A stretch of 64,000 nucleotides of DNA from Candidatus Fermentibacteraceae bacterium (GCA_016744855.1 JADGDO010000013.1:33301-97300), one strand, 5' to 3'; positions 19,694 to 29,382 are shown, counted from the stretch's first letter. Made by a program: numbers and translations. The notes: generated from the sequence alone by a model not told the origin.

Positions 19694-20395
19694 CTATTCG
19701 GTAAAAAGTGTTTTTATTCTGCCAAAGGTCACTCTTGTCAGGGCGGTTGCGGTGTCATCTACCACGAAGTTGTCCATACTGAATACTGGTTCTTCGCTGT
19801 CATATCCACATACCACTCCAGCCATGCCAATACCAAGCATGTGTGTATTGTCTTGAGTGCTGGAATTAACAGTGCCGTCCACTGATAGCGTGAGTTGTAC
19901 AGGATTTGAACCAGAGACTTCAAAGGAGAGATTGTACCAGGTATTTTCACTCATAGGGTAGAAAAAATCCTGAGAAAGTATTGTATACTCACCACTCGGG
20001 TTCACATAAGCTATTACCGTGGCACCCAGTGGGGGGATTGCAGGAAAAATTCCAGCCATGTAACACTCCGAGTTGGAGCCTGTCAGTCTGGTAAGAAGAC
20101 CGAAGACTGCCTCTGCTCCTGTAAATTTTACATCTGTACTCACAGAACCTTCAAACCAGATCGCAGATCCGAGGCATAAATAGGTTGCAAAACTGTCACT
20201 GCCCCATGAAGTTTCAACAATGTTGTTGCCTCCATCATCTTGTATCAACAGATTGGCACCAATTCCAGGGCGCAGCCAGTATGGTGAGGTATCCAGGTTT
20301 TCACCGGGGGAGAATGATTCAAAATTGTCTGAGAAGTTTATGGCAAGAAGCGTAGCTGGCAGAAAGCATAGAAATAGAATAATACTTGTTTTCAT
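19694..20395 (-). CDS. Secreted hypothetical protein (concanavalin/LamG-like jelly-roll suspected)
   Basis: Signal peptide MKTSIILFLCFLPATLLA starting at an internal Met. Beta-rich. Confidence 0.45.
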   Translation of the reverse strand: MKTSIILFLCFLPATLLAINFSDNFESFSPGENLDTSPYWLRPGIGANLLIQDDGGNNIVETSWGSDSFATYLCLGSAIWFEGSVSTDVKFTGAEAVFGLLTRLTGSNSECYMAGIFPAIPPLGATVIAYVNPSGEYTILSQDFFYPMSENTWYNLSFEVSGSNPVQLTLSVDGTVNSSTQDNTHMLGIGMAGVVCGYDSEEPVFSMDNFVVDDTATALTRVTFGRIKTLFTE

Positions 20396-20643
20396 TATGG
20401 ATCCTCCGATTGTTCTGATTAAGATGTAATTGATTCGCAAAATATGTTTTTCTGGGTACGGAGTCAAGTTTCATTCGTTAGGCAAAGTATGTCAAATAAC
20501 TAGCATGACCTATACTAGACTTAAACATAACATTAAAACACTTTGAAAAAAGCTGAAATTGTGCTCGAGGATCAGCTTGAAACAGAGTTATATTGTATTA
20601 TCAGCATTGTCATTCTCTACCCAAAAGGAAAACGAAGATAAGT

Positions 20644-21270
20644 ATGAAATCTCAAGTTTGTAGACAGGTACCACTGTTTCTTGCATTCCTCATGATTGCA
20701 TTTCCCCTACATGCGGAAGAGTTTCAGTACAGAGAAACTTCATTCAACGAGGCAGTCAGCGGTGTCAGTGAAAACTGTCCAGGCTGGATACTGAACAATC
20801 AGATTCTAATTGATGTTGTGTACTGGGGTTTTGACGGAGAACTTCACAGGGGAGAGCTGGTTGTAGACAGCAGAGTGGCGTTTGATCTTAAACTCGTTTT
20901 TCTTCAGATGCTTGTGCTTGGGTTTCCTCTCGAATCTGTTGTACCTGTATCACAATTTCATTGGGATGATTCAGAGTCGATGCGGCATAACAACACATCA
21001 TCTTTTAACTATAGATGCATAGCGGGAACCGAGAGACTCTCCCGCCATGCATACGGCCTTGCAATTGATATTAATCCTGTGCAGAATCCTTACTACTCAA
21101 GTGGATACTCTTCCCCTCCGGGTGCTGTTTACGATACTGAGGTACCGGGAACTCTATACCAAGGTCATCCTGTAGTCGAGTTGTTTAAGATTCTCGGCTG
21201 GAGATGGGGAGGAGACTGGGCTGATAAAGATTACCAGCACTTTGATAAACCACTTGAAGATATCCGATAG
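20644..21270 (+). CDS. Peptidase M15 family (VanY/CwlK-like D-Ala-D-Ala or L-Ala-D-Glu peptidase)
   Basis: Signal peptide. LAS-type motifs SRHAYGLAIDINP and DWADKDYQHFD. Confidence 0.65.
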   Translation: MKSQVCRQVPLFLAFLMIAFPLHAEEFQYRETSFNEAVSGVSENCPGWILNNQILIDVVYWGFDGELHRGELVVDSRVAFDLKLVFLQMLVLGFPLESVVPVSQFHWDDSESMRHNNTSSFNYRCIAGTERLSRHAYGLAIDINPVQNPYYSSGYSSPPGAVYDTEVPGTLYQGHPVVELFKILGWRWGGDWADKDYQHFDKPLEDIR

Positions 21271-21389
21271 AATTGCACTGACCATCACAGCAAATGGTTC
21301 CTATGGTGGCTTCTGGATCTCTACACCACCCCTTTGAATCAAGAGCGGTTCCCGGTTTAAGTAACCGAGTTTCTCGTGAGCCAGCATTT

Positions 21390-21767
21390 TTAGTTCTTCA
21401 GTGCTTTCTTAACTGCTTCAGGGGCATGGAAGATTCCGTAAACATTCACATATTCGAACACCTCGAGTGCAAGTTCAGCCGTTACATCCTCTTTCAGAAT
21501 GAGTATTCCGATGATATTCAGACTGACCTTCTTACCCTGAGCTTTTTTCTTTTCAAGGTCGCTCTTGTCAAGAATTAAAGCGCCGACCGTTGCCGCCTTG
21601 CGAACCTTTACCTCCCCGATTAACTCTTTGTTCTGCTCAAGCAGATTTCTTATTGCTGTTCGTATTGCGTCGCTTCTGTTAGAGAAGATTCCCTGCTCAA
21701 CAAGAACATCAATCTTGCCGAGGTCAACAGGCCCCAAATTGATAGTAATTTTTTCACTTTCAACCAT
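21390..21767 (-). CDS. Ribbon-helix-helix transcriptional regulator, NikR-like fold (N-terminal RHH plus ~80-aa C-terminal domain lacking the Ni-binding His cluster)
   Basis: KITINLGPVDLGKIDVLVEQGIFSNRSDAIRTAIRNLL resembles NikR/CopG RHH. Strong RBS GGAGAAAGGAAATCATC-ATG. The 185-aa ORF in the track over-extends the 5' end. Confidence 0.55.
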   Translation of the reverse strand: MVESEKITINLGPVDLGKIDVLVEQGIFSNRSDAIRTAIRNLLEQNKELIGEVKVRKAATVGALILDKSDLEKKKAQGKKVSLNIIGILILKEDVTAELALEVFEYVNVYGIFHAPEAVKKALKN

Positions 21768-21782
21768 GATGATTTCCTTTCT

Positions 21783-21853
21783 CCATCCGTATGGATGGTG
21801 TGTGGATGTTATATAGCACACTCTAACCATCCTGTCAACATCCAGTTGGATGG
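21783..21853. promoter_or_regulatory. Two related operator-like inverted repeats (CCATCC-gtat-GGATGG and CATCC-agtt-GGATGG, each followed by TGTrTGGA) immediately upstream of the RHH regulator
   Basis: Perfect palindromes at 21783..21798 and 21839..21853. The first lies 16 bp upstream of the regulator start codon. Confidence 0.35.
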
Positions 21854-22016
21854 TGTATGGAATACATAGGGAAATATTTGCTGTTTGAAAATGCAACAAA
21901 TGAAAGAGAAAAAACTTCGACGAAGAAGATTTTCGGATGGTATGCATGCACGGAAAGAGTATTCCCGTGTCAGGAAGACCAGCAATTATATTGAGAGCAG
22001 TAGAGCCTTGAAGAAG

Positions 22017-23273
22017 CTACCTGAGGACAGTCAATCTGCTTGCAGCTGAACCTTCATTAGTGGCTACTCTGCAGATATACATTCCAGAGGGAACAGCAGT
22101 CAGGTCGAGCTCGAGTGTTCTTGCACCGTGCGGCAGATCTTTGAACTCCAACTGTTCAACAACCCTTCCGGAGAGATCGCAGACGGTAACAGCAACGTTT
22201 CCAGGCACTGCCAGAGCAATATCCAGGGATGCGGATGTGCTGGCCGGATTGGGGCTGATGCCCTGTAAAAGCGATGAAGCAACAGGATCACCAAAGGCGC
22301 TCATGGTATTGTGGCATAGGTATTTCACGCCGTCTTCATTGTCAGAGAAAGCTATTCCAGGGTCGCCGTAACTGTCTATAATGATTGATGGGCAAGTGCC
22401 GGGTTCAAGTTCCTCGCGTGTCCATTCTGAACCATCATTGTGCAGGTAGATGATTGTTGAAGTACTGCCATCTATAGCATTGTAGGCTATGTGTGGATTG
22501 CCACTGTTGTCTACAGTTATTGATGCAGAAGCGAGAGAAGAGAACAATCCTGTATCAATTGCCTCGCTGCTCCAATCTGAACCATCGTAATAATAGTAGT
22601 ACAGATCATAGTTTCTTCTAGAGGCAATGTGCGGATTTCCGGAGCTGTCCAGCGCAAGGCCTATACCATCCGAAAAGAAGTCACTACCTGAATCAATTGT
22701 GGTAATATCCCACTGGCTGCCATCCCACTGAGCAATCCGAAGGAAGCCGTTATTAGAAGAGTAAGCAATCAATGGTTGATTCGAATTGTTTATGGCAAGC
22801 GCCACAGTTGAACAGCCGCATTCGGGGTCAATAACTTCACCATTCCAATCGCTTCCATCCCAGCTGATGAACTTAACATCTGTATCCCCATAGTATGCGA
22901 TTGCTGGAAAGCCATTATCATATAGTGCTATGCTTGTGTTCGAATGACAGCTTGTATCAAGAACTTGACCTGCTCTACTGTAATCAGAGTATTTAAGCTC
23001 AAAATTGTTACTCCAGGCAACATGCACATCTTGACTACCGCTGGCAGCAACAGATGTGTAGTAGTTATCACCCTCTGATTGAAGTCCAAATGTTGCCCAT
23101 CCGGTGGAAATGGTGTAAGATAAATTGATGCCCACACCACAGTGTGAAATGAATAATCCCGAATCATCCTTTGCCAGAGACACATATGAACCATCAATGA
23201 TAGCAACATTCTGAGTTTGCCAAGAAGCCATCGAAATACTTGAAAGAATCATTAGGTTAAGGAACAATTTCAT
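22017..23273 (-). CDS. Secreted beta-propeller (WDGS-W repeat) protein with T9SS C-terminal sorting domain
   Basis: Signal peptide, repeated WDGSDW/QWDGSQW blades, C-terminal motif GMYICRVATNEGSAASRLTVLR, strong RBS GGAGG. Confidence 0.7.
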   Translation of the reverse strand: MKLFLNLMILSSISMASWQTQNVAIIDGSYVSLAKDDSGLFISHCGVGINLSYTISTGWATFGLQSEGDNYYTSVAASGSQDVHVAWSNNFELKYSDYSRAGQVLDTSCHSNTSIALYDNGFPAIAYYGDTDVKFISWDGSDWNGEVIDPECGCSTVALAINNSNQPLIAYSSNNGFLRIAQWDGSQWDITTIDSGSDFFSDGIGLALDSSGNPHIASRRNYDLYYYYYDGSDWSSEAIDTGLFSSLASASITVDNSGNPHIAYNAIDGSTSTIIYLHNDGSEWTREELEPGTCPSIIIDSYGDPGIAFSDNEDGVKYLCHNTMSAFGDPVASSLLQGISPNPASTSASLDIALAVPGNVAVTVCDLSGRVVEQLEFKDLPHGARTLELDLTAVPSGMYICRVATNEGSAASRLTVLR

Positions 23274-23594
23274 ATAGAACCTCCGAGTTTAGATCAAAAT
23301 CAATACACTAGGATAAAAGTATTCAAACTACAGGTCAATATTCTTTCAATGAGACTAATGATGAGCTGTTAGACGATAACGTTATTGTAAAGAGATTAAT
23401 CAAGGACACTAAGACCATCCTCAAACTCTTGAGTGGAGATCAAAGTATTTTGGGTTGCTAGTGTATCAGAAATTCTTCACAGAAAAAGTTACAGTTTCAC
23501 TACGCATTGATTCACTGAAAGAACGCTGGACGGGTAGTGGCTGAGTTATCATACTATTCCGTAAGGACGCTGGTCAGTTTTTCATTATAGAGGA

Positions 23595-24260
23595 GTGATT
23601 TTGGTAAAGAACAAAGCCTGGGACTGGAGTAGGAGTGAAGACGGAATTTGGCACATTCCCTCTGAAGATTCACACTATCTGGTTAACTACTGGAAGCAAA
23701 AAGGATATGTGAACTTTCTAGATCTCGGTTGCGGTCTCGGGAGACATTCATTTCAATTTGCAAAGGCAGGATTTGCCGTATTTGCTTTGGATCTATCAGA
23801 TGAGGCTGTCGATTTTGTATTCAAAAAGGCTTCGGGGGAACATCTTCCAATAAAAACATTCAAGGGAGATATGACGAATATGCCTTTTGAGAATGAGAAG
23901 ATTGATTGCCTGCTTGCTTTTCATGTTCTTTCACACACTGATACTCCGGGAATGAAAAAAGTTATTGGGGAAATTGAGCGTGTGGTGAAACCGGGAGGCG
24001 AAGTTTTTATTACTCTCTGCTCGAAAGACGCATGGAGTTACAAAGATGCGGGGTTTCCAGTTATTGATGAAAATTCGGTAATGAAAATTGAAGATGGACC
24101 TGAGAACGGAATCCCTCATTTCTTCGCAGACAGAGATATTATTGACAGGCTATTCACAGGCTTTAACATTCAGAGTTTAAAGCATACACAGGATATTATT
24201 GTAGAAGGTGAAGAGTACGGATCCTGGCACTATTTCATTAAGGCCAGCAGGAAGATCTGA
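23595..24260 (+). CDS. Class I SAM-dependent methyltransferase
   Basis: Motif I LDLGCGLGRHS, post-I acidic residue, VKPGG motif. Confidence 0.8.
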   Translation: MILVKNKAWDWSRSEDGIWHIPSEDSHYLVNYWKQKGYVNFLDLGCGLGRHSFQFAKAGFAVFALDLSDEAVDFVFKKASGEHLPIKTFKGDMTNMPFENEKIDCLLAFHVLSHTDTPGMKKVIGEIERVVKPGGEVFITLCSKDAWSYKDAGFPVIDENSVMKIEDGPENGIPHFFADRDIIDRLFTGFNIQSLKHTQDIIVEGEEYGSWHYFIKASRKI

Positions 24261-24269
24261 GAGAAGCCA

Positions 24270-24605
24270 TCACTCGTTATCCTTCGAACGATGTATGAAA
24301 AGTGCAATCCCACCGACTGAAAGGGCGAATCCCGGAACCATAGCCCAGAGTATTATTGCTTCGGTCATATCTTCATATTTCTCAGCTGTTGGCCCTCCCT
24401 CGGAGCTCACTGGAGCAGCAAGCAACAGCACTATTACCATAAGAATAGCTGCAGCAGTAACTGTAATCATCCATACTTTTATTCCACTGGAGGAGAGCTT
24501 TCTTTTTTGACATACTACGAAACCTATAAGTGTAAGAGTCAGACCAATCAAAATGCTAACCAAAAAGGAAACAAGTCCTAAACCCAGAATAAAAGTACCA
24601 ATCAT
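24270..24605 (-). CDS. Small integral membrane protein (3 TM), hypothetical
   Basis: Three hydrophobic helices. No recognisable motif. Confidence 0.45.
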   Translation of the reverse strand: MIGTFILGLGLVSFLVSILIGLTLTLIGFVVCQKRKLSSSGIKVWMITVTAAAILMVIVLLLAAPVSSEGGPTAEKYEDMTEAIILWAMVPGFALSVGGIALFIHRSKDNE

Positions 24606-24789
24606 TATTCTCCTTTGCCTCGACTGCCGAGTAGAACAAAAACAGAGTAAACAGGGTCTGTGTTCGGGAAACCGATAATGGTTTATCTCATTCAGAGGCA
24701 GCTATGTCAATCAGTTTGCTCATCAAACTAATCTCTTTTAGACTGTCTGGGGTGTTTGAGTATCAATATGTTTACCCTTTAATACACAG

Positions 24790-26187
24790 GTGCAATTCCT
24801 TGATAATACTGATAAGGCGGAAATAGAATTGGAAAACAAATACGATGCTACTTGGAATTCTCTGGACGCAAGACCGATTCCCTCATGGTTTGAGGATGCA
24901 AGGTTTGGCATTTTTATTCACTGGGGACTCTATTCAGTCCCTGCATGGCGAAAACCAGCCCCAGGCAGATTTGCGTCCTATGCCGAATGGTACTACTCAA
25001 GCGTAATGTACGACAAAGAGAATGGTGGCAGAAAATTTCATGCGGACAACTATGGTGAAGATTTTGAATACCGCGATTTTGCACCTCAATTCAGAGCAGA
25101 GCTGTTCAATCCTCAAGAGTGGGCTGAGCTGTTCAGGAAATCAGGGGCAAAATATGCTGTTCTTACCACAAAACACCACGATGGGTATTGCCTCTGGCCA
25201 ACAAAAAGCAGGTACAAGAAAGACTGGAATTCCATGGTTATAGGCCCGAGAAGAGACCTTGTGGGAGAACTAAGCAGAGCTGTAAGAAATGAAGGACTAA
25301 GGATGGGGTTGTATTACTCCATAATAGAGTGGGAAAGCTGCAAAACGCATCGAACGGATTCCGGGTACTTTGTGCCAGAGGAAATTGTAAAAAAATATGG
25401 TATTCCGGAAAATGAATACATTGAGCACATGAACTTCCAACTCCGTGAGCTTGTAAAAGAATACTCTCCTTCCCTGATTTTTTCAGATGGTGGGGAGTGG
25501 GATGGAATGGCTGATTACTGGAAGACAAAGGAATTTCTGGCATGGCTCTACAGTAGCTCATCAGTGAGGGATGAGGTGGTAGTAAATGACAGATTTTCAA
25601 AGGATATGCCGGGGAAACACGGTGACTATTATTCAACTGAATACAGAGACGTGGAAAGAGATCTTGATCAGCGTCCCTGGGAAGAGAGCAGAGGAATTGG
25701 TGAATCGTACGGTTACAATAGAGCAGAAAACCTTTCACATTACAGCACATCAGGAGAGCTGATACTTGAGCTTGTAGACACAGTTAGCAGAGGTGGCAAT
25801 TTACTTCTAAATATCGGTCCATCTGCTGACGGGTGTATTCCTGTGATTATGCAGGAAAGGCTTCTTGATATCGGCAGCTGGTTGTCAGTAAATGGTGAAG
25901 CAATTTACGGTACTTCCAAACGCCTGACTCCAGTCGAAAATGGTAACCGCTTTACAGTAAAAGACAGATTTCTCTACTGCTTCTTTGAGCAATGGGGAAA
26001 ACCTTTGAAAATCAACCTGCTCGAGAATGAGAACCCTGAAGATGTATCACTTGTTGGTTATTCCGGTCAGCTCTTGTGGACTGTTTCCACATTAGGGGAG
26101 CTTACAATATCTCTTCCGGAGCTCACTGTGGATATGATCCCGTGCATGTACCTGTGGACAATAAGGATACAACTTAAAACCAAATGA
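24790..26187 (+). CDS. GH29 alpha-L-fucosidase
   Basis: FGIFIHWGLYSVPAW and AVLTTKHHDGYCLWPT motifs. No signal peptide. GTG start. Confidence 0.85.
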   Translation: MQFLDNTDKAEIELENKYDATWNSLDARPIPSWFEDARFGIFIHWGLYSVPAWRKPAPGRFASYAEWYYSSVMYDKENGGRKFHADNYGEDFEYRDFAPQFRAELFNPQEWAELFRKSGAKYAVLTTKHHDGYCLWPTKSRYKKDWNSMVIGPRRDLVGELSRAVRNEGLRMGLYYSIIEWESCKTHRTDSGYFVPEEIVKKYGIPENEYIEHMNFQLRELVKEYSPSLIFSDGGEWDGMADYWKTKEFLAWLYSSSSVRDEVVVNDRFSKDMPGKHGDYYSTEYRDVERDLDQRPWEESRGIGESYGYNRAENLSHYSTSGELILELVDTVSRGGNLLLNIGPSADGCIPVIMQERLLDIGSWLSVNGEAIYGTSKRLTPVENGNRFTVKDRFLYCFFEQWGKPLKINLLENENPEDVSLVGYSGQLLWTVSTLGELTISLPELTVDMIPCMYLWTIRIQLKTK

Positions 26188-26209
26188 AGAATAGTGGAGA
26201 GGGGATAGA

Positions 26210-26548
26210 ATGAAGAGTTGTCTATTTCTTACAGCAGTATTTATTGCTCTAGTATCAGCCTGTGGCCTACCAGTAGAGAAGAATCAATTGGAAATTGAGA
26301 GGGACGATGTTCTTTCAGTTGAAATTCTAGAGGATGGTACATCTGTCAGTATTACATTGACTGATGATCTCTCGAATGAATTGAGAAGCATTACCTTAGA
26401 ATCCATCGGCGAAACACTTTCTATTATTGTTGCCGATGAGATTATTTCTGAACCTGTTGTACAGGAAGGAATTCCAGGTCCATTGCTGACGATTTCTTGT
26501 GCAGACAGAGAAACTGCTGAAGGAATCTTTGAAGAACTTACAGAATGA
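26210..26548 (+). CDS. Small acidic lipoprotein, hypothetical
   Basis: Lipobox LVSACG. 112 aa. Confidence 0.5.
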   Translation: MKSCLFLTAVFIALVSACGLPVEKNQLEIERDDVLSVEILEDGTSVSITLTDDLSNELRSITLESIGETLSIIVADEIISEPVVQEGIPGPLLTISCADRETAEGIFEELTE

Positions 26549-26622
26549 TCTGATTTGCAAAACATCTGAAAATCTCTTTATTTCTTCAGATAAAGCGGAT
26601 TGACTTAACTCGTTTTTTCAAC

Positions 26623-26650
26623 TTGACTTGCAAATATCAGAATGTATTAT
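26623..26650 (+). promoter_or_regulatory. Candidate sigma70-like promoter (TTGACT-16nt-TATTAT) ahead of a ~160-nt GC-rich leader
   Basis: TTGACT at 26623..26628 and TATTAT at 26645..26650. Transcription would start about 160 nt upstream of the ATG at 26818. Confidence 0.3.
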
Positions 26651-26817
26651 TTAAGGTTAGTAGATGTGCACGGGGGGGATCAAAAAACGGATACGGTTGA
26701 GTGTTACCGCCTTTCACCGGGGCGAGTTAACACGTGTACCTGTTGAATTTGTACCAGTCTCTTCATGCGCTAGACTTTATTACCAGACCCTGAACTATCA
26801 AGTGGAGGTGTGAGTCG

Positions 26818-28866
26818 ATGCGTGCAAAGCAACCCGATATAAGCAAACTCAAAGCTGAAAAAGATCAGAAGAAATTGTTAAAAGCCCTTGGCTTTAAAAA
26901 GGATCCAGATGTTCGTTCTGCCGCCGCAGAAGCTCTGGGAGCAATCGGTGATATTTCTGTAATCAATCCACTTTCCTCTGCATTTAAAAATGAGAGTGAA
27001 ACAGATGAAGTAAGAATAGCAGCTCTTCAAGCTCTCGGTAAGATCTGTACTTGGGTAACTGAAGAAAAAAGAAGTATTCAAGAGGATTCACTTTCAAAAT
27101 CAGACCTTCGCACACACACAAAAGAGAAAAATATTGTTGCAGATGTTCTTGCAGCAATCAAACAGTACACTGAAAAATACACAGGAGAAATCGGGATTGT
27201 TGCAGCCAGGGTATTGATGGAAATGCCTGGAGCAGAGTCGTCTGTTTTTGATGGAGAGGCATCGACATCCGTTTTCAGTCAAGCGTTTTCTCAGAATGAT
27301 GAAACCGGAATTGAAGTTGAAAAAGCTGACTTGGAAACTGCAACACCGCACCCAAGCGAAGCTCCTGCTTCGGAACAACCTGTGGATGAGGTAGCTGATG
27401 CCAATGAATCTCAGTCAGAAGAGCCTAAAGAGACACTGGAATCTACAGTTCCTGGCCCAAGTGAAGCTCCTGATTCAGACGAGCCAGCGGGTGAAATGGT
27501 TGATGATGAAGAGCCCCCCAAAGCAGAACCTCAAGAAATTCCTGAACCTCCAACTCCTGACCAGAGTGAATCTTCTACCATTGAGCAGCCGGTGGATGAA
27601 ATGGTGGAGCAGAATGAAACTCCTGACATTGAGCAACCGGAATCTTTGGGAGATAAAGATGGTGAAGTACCGAAAGTCATAGAAGAAGAACCAAAGACAC
27701 AAAGAACTAAGAATGCGTTAGCAGACGAATCGACTATGTTGGAAGAAACACATGAAGAGGGAAAACAAAAAATGCCTGTAACGAATCTAGATAAACCAGT
27801 CGAAATTGCACCTAACACCTACTGGGTAGGACGGAGAGAAGACACACTTCTCGAAAGAAACATATATCTTAGGGTTTTTCGCAATGGCGACCAAACTCTT
27901 AATCTCCTTATTGATCCGGGACCACCTCAGGATCTTACTTCACTTGTGGAGAAGCTTTCATCTCTGATTGGTGGAGTCAGAAACCTCAATGTGATGTTTC
28001 TTAATCATCAGGACCCGGATGTCTCATACAACTCTGGTCACATTCAGAAGCTGAACCCGAATTGTGTGGTTCTTTGTTCGGAAGACTCCTGGAGACTGGT
28101 AAAGTTTTATGGGCTTAATGAGAAAATGTATAAACCTGTTGAAAGCTTCAAGAACCAGACAGCAACACTGAATACGGGCCACAAAATTAGATTCATTTCA
28201 ACACCCTACTGCCACTTCAGGGGTGCTTGCATGCTATATGATGAGGAAACAGGAGTGCTTTTCTCCGGCGACTTCCTTGGTGGACTCTCTCACAAGGAAG
28301 ACCTGTACGCCTCAGATGATTCCTGGGAAGGGGTAGCAACTTTCCATCAGATCTATATGCCCAGCAAAGTAGCATTGCATCATGCAGTCACGAATATTAG
28401 AGATATGCCCAAACTTCCAAGTATTATCGCTCCACAGCATGGAAGCATTCTTACAGGAAATCTTGTAGATACCTTCCTGACGAAAATGGATAATCTTGAA
28501 GTTGGTCTCGACCTTTTTATGAAAGAGCACACCAAGAAAAACTACATTGCTGCTCTCAATGAGTTGCTCATTGATTTTAGTGAGATTGTTGATGCTGATG
28601 TTATTCCTAACGCTCTAGCGGCCTTCCGCTCTGACGGATCCTTTCCCAATGCAATAACAACGGGCGATAATGGTGTAACAGATATTAAAGTAGATGCCCA
28701 GTATGCTGTCGATATTTTCTTGAAAGAGATCAGGGCAAATACTCCACCTACTAAGCTTGATCTTGTTGATATCAGTATTGTAAAGATTCTTACTCTTTGG
28801 AAGATACCTCTGCCTGATTTTTTCCAGGGGCATACTGCTAACAAGGATGATATTTTCAGTCTATAG
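26818..28866 (+). CDS. Fusion protein: N-terminal HEAT (PBS-lyase-like) repeats, acidic Pro/Glu-rich linker, C-terminal ODP/flavodiiron-like metallo-beta-lactamase-fold di-iron domain
   Basis: HEAT-like PDVRSAAAEALGAIGD repeats. ~200-aa low-complexity PE-rich region. C-terminal YWVGRRE...NLLIDPG and NHQDPDV (H-x-[EH]-x-D MBL motif) resemble the N-terminal domain of flavodiiron proteins and ODP. Confidence 0.6.
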   Translation: MRAKQPDISKLKAEKDQKKLLKALGFKKDPDVRSAAAEALGAIGDISVINPLSSAFKNESETDEVRIAALQALGKICTWVTEEKRSIQEDSLSKSDLRTHTKEKNIVADVLAAIKQYTEKYTGEIGIVAARVLMEMPGAESSVFDGEASTSVFSQAFSQNDETGIEVEKADLETATPHPSEAPASEQPVDEVADANESQSEEPKETLESTVPGPSEAPDSDEPAGEMVDDEEPPKAEPQEIPEPPTPDQSESSTIEQPVDEMVEQNETPDIEQPESLGDKDGEVPKVIEEEPKTQRTKNALADESTMLEETHEEGKQKMPVTNLDKPVEIAPNTYWVGRREDTLLERNIYLRVFRNGDQTLNLLIDPGPPQDLTSLVEKLSSLIGGVRNLNVMFLNHQDPDVSYNSGHIQKLNPNCVVLCSEDSWRLVKFYGLNEKMYKPVESFKNQTATLNTGHKIRFISTPYCHFRGACMLYDEETGVLFSGDFLGGLSHKEDLYASDDSWEGVATFHQIYMPSKVALHHAVTNIRDMPKLPSIIAPQHGSILTGNLVDTFLTKMDNLEVGLDLFMKEHTKKNYIAALNELLIDFSEIVDADVIPNALAAFRSDGSFPNAITTGDNGVTDIKVDAQYAVDIFLKEIRANTPPTKLDLVDISIVKILTLWKIPLPDFFQGHTANKDDIFSL

Positions 28867-28886
28867 CTACTACATAGATCCGCAGG

Positions 28887-28920
28887 AGGCCGTCAGTTCA
28901 TCTGGCGGCCTTACTTTTGT
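28887..28920 (+). terminator. Putative terminator after the HEAT-ODP gene
   Basis: aggccgtcag/ctggcggcct stem (one wobble pair) followed by tacttttgtt. Confidence 0.4.
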
Positions 28921-29028
28921 TACAGCAGCAGAGGCTTATTGGAGAAGGTTTTCTAGCATAGTTTTGTTGACAATGGATATAACAGCGATATAATAGTAAC
29001 ATTATAACATGCTTAGAAAGGGGAAGAA

Positions 29029-29382
29029 ATGACTTCGCAGGAGAAACAGAGAATGATTCACATAAGGCTCGACAGAGAAGTACATAAAGAACTTCGAAAA
29101 GCAGCTGCAGAATACGATGTCTCAATTCAGGAGATTGTTTCAACCGCAGTCGAAAAGCAGGTTGAAGCTTTTGAAACCGAGATAAGCGTTGAAAAAGAAG
29201 GTGACAGCTACAAACTTGAAATCACCGACTCTATTGAAGTCGGAATGGGCTCCGGAGTTTATGAAAAGACCGTTTCAACACATGCTTCTATTGCTAATAG
29301 ACTTACAGAAATTGAAAGTGCAGTTACAGTGATTTCAGAGCGTATATCCGAGATTAAGACCATGCTTGCAAAACATGAATAG
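29029..29382 (+). CDS. Small RHH-like/coiled-coil protein, hypothetical
   Basis: HIRLDREVHKELRKAAAEYDVSIQEIVSTAVEK is a beta-strand/helix pattern like RHH (Arc/ParG). Good RBS GGGGAAGAAATG. 3' end overlaps the next gene by 17 nt. Confidence 0.4.
   Translation: MTSQEKQRMIHIRLDREVHKELRKAAAEYDVSIQEIVSTAVEKQVEAFETEISVEKEGDSYKLEITDSIEVGMGSGVYEKTVSTHASIANRLTEIESAVTVISERISEIKTMLAKHE

Noticed and set aside
21768-21947. The 5' extension of the RHH ORF to 185 aa in the ORF track
   Set aside because: The RHH homology starts at the internal ATG (21767), which has a strong RBS. The upstream extension overlaps the operator repeats and lacks coding features.
27300-27700. Apparent tandem DNA repeats in the acidic linker of the HEAT-ODP gene as a possible repeat element or CRISPR-like array
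   Set aside because: The repeats are imperfect, in-frame and encode a low-complexity P/E/S-rich linker, so they are protein-level repeats. No CRISPR-like arrays exist in the window.
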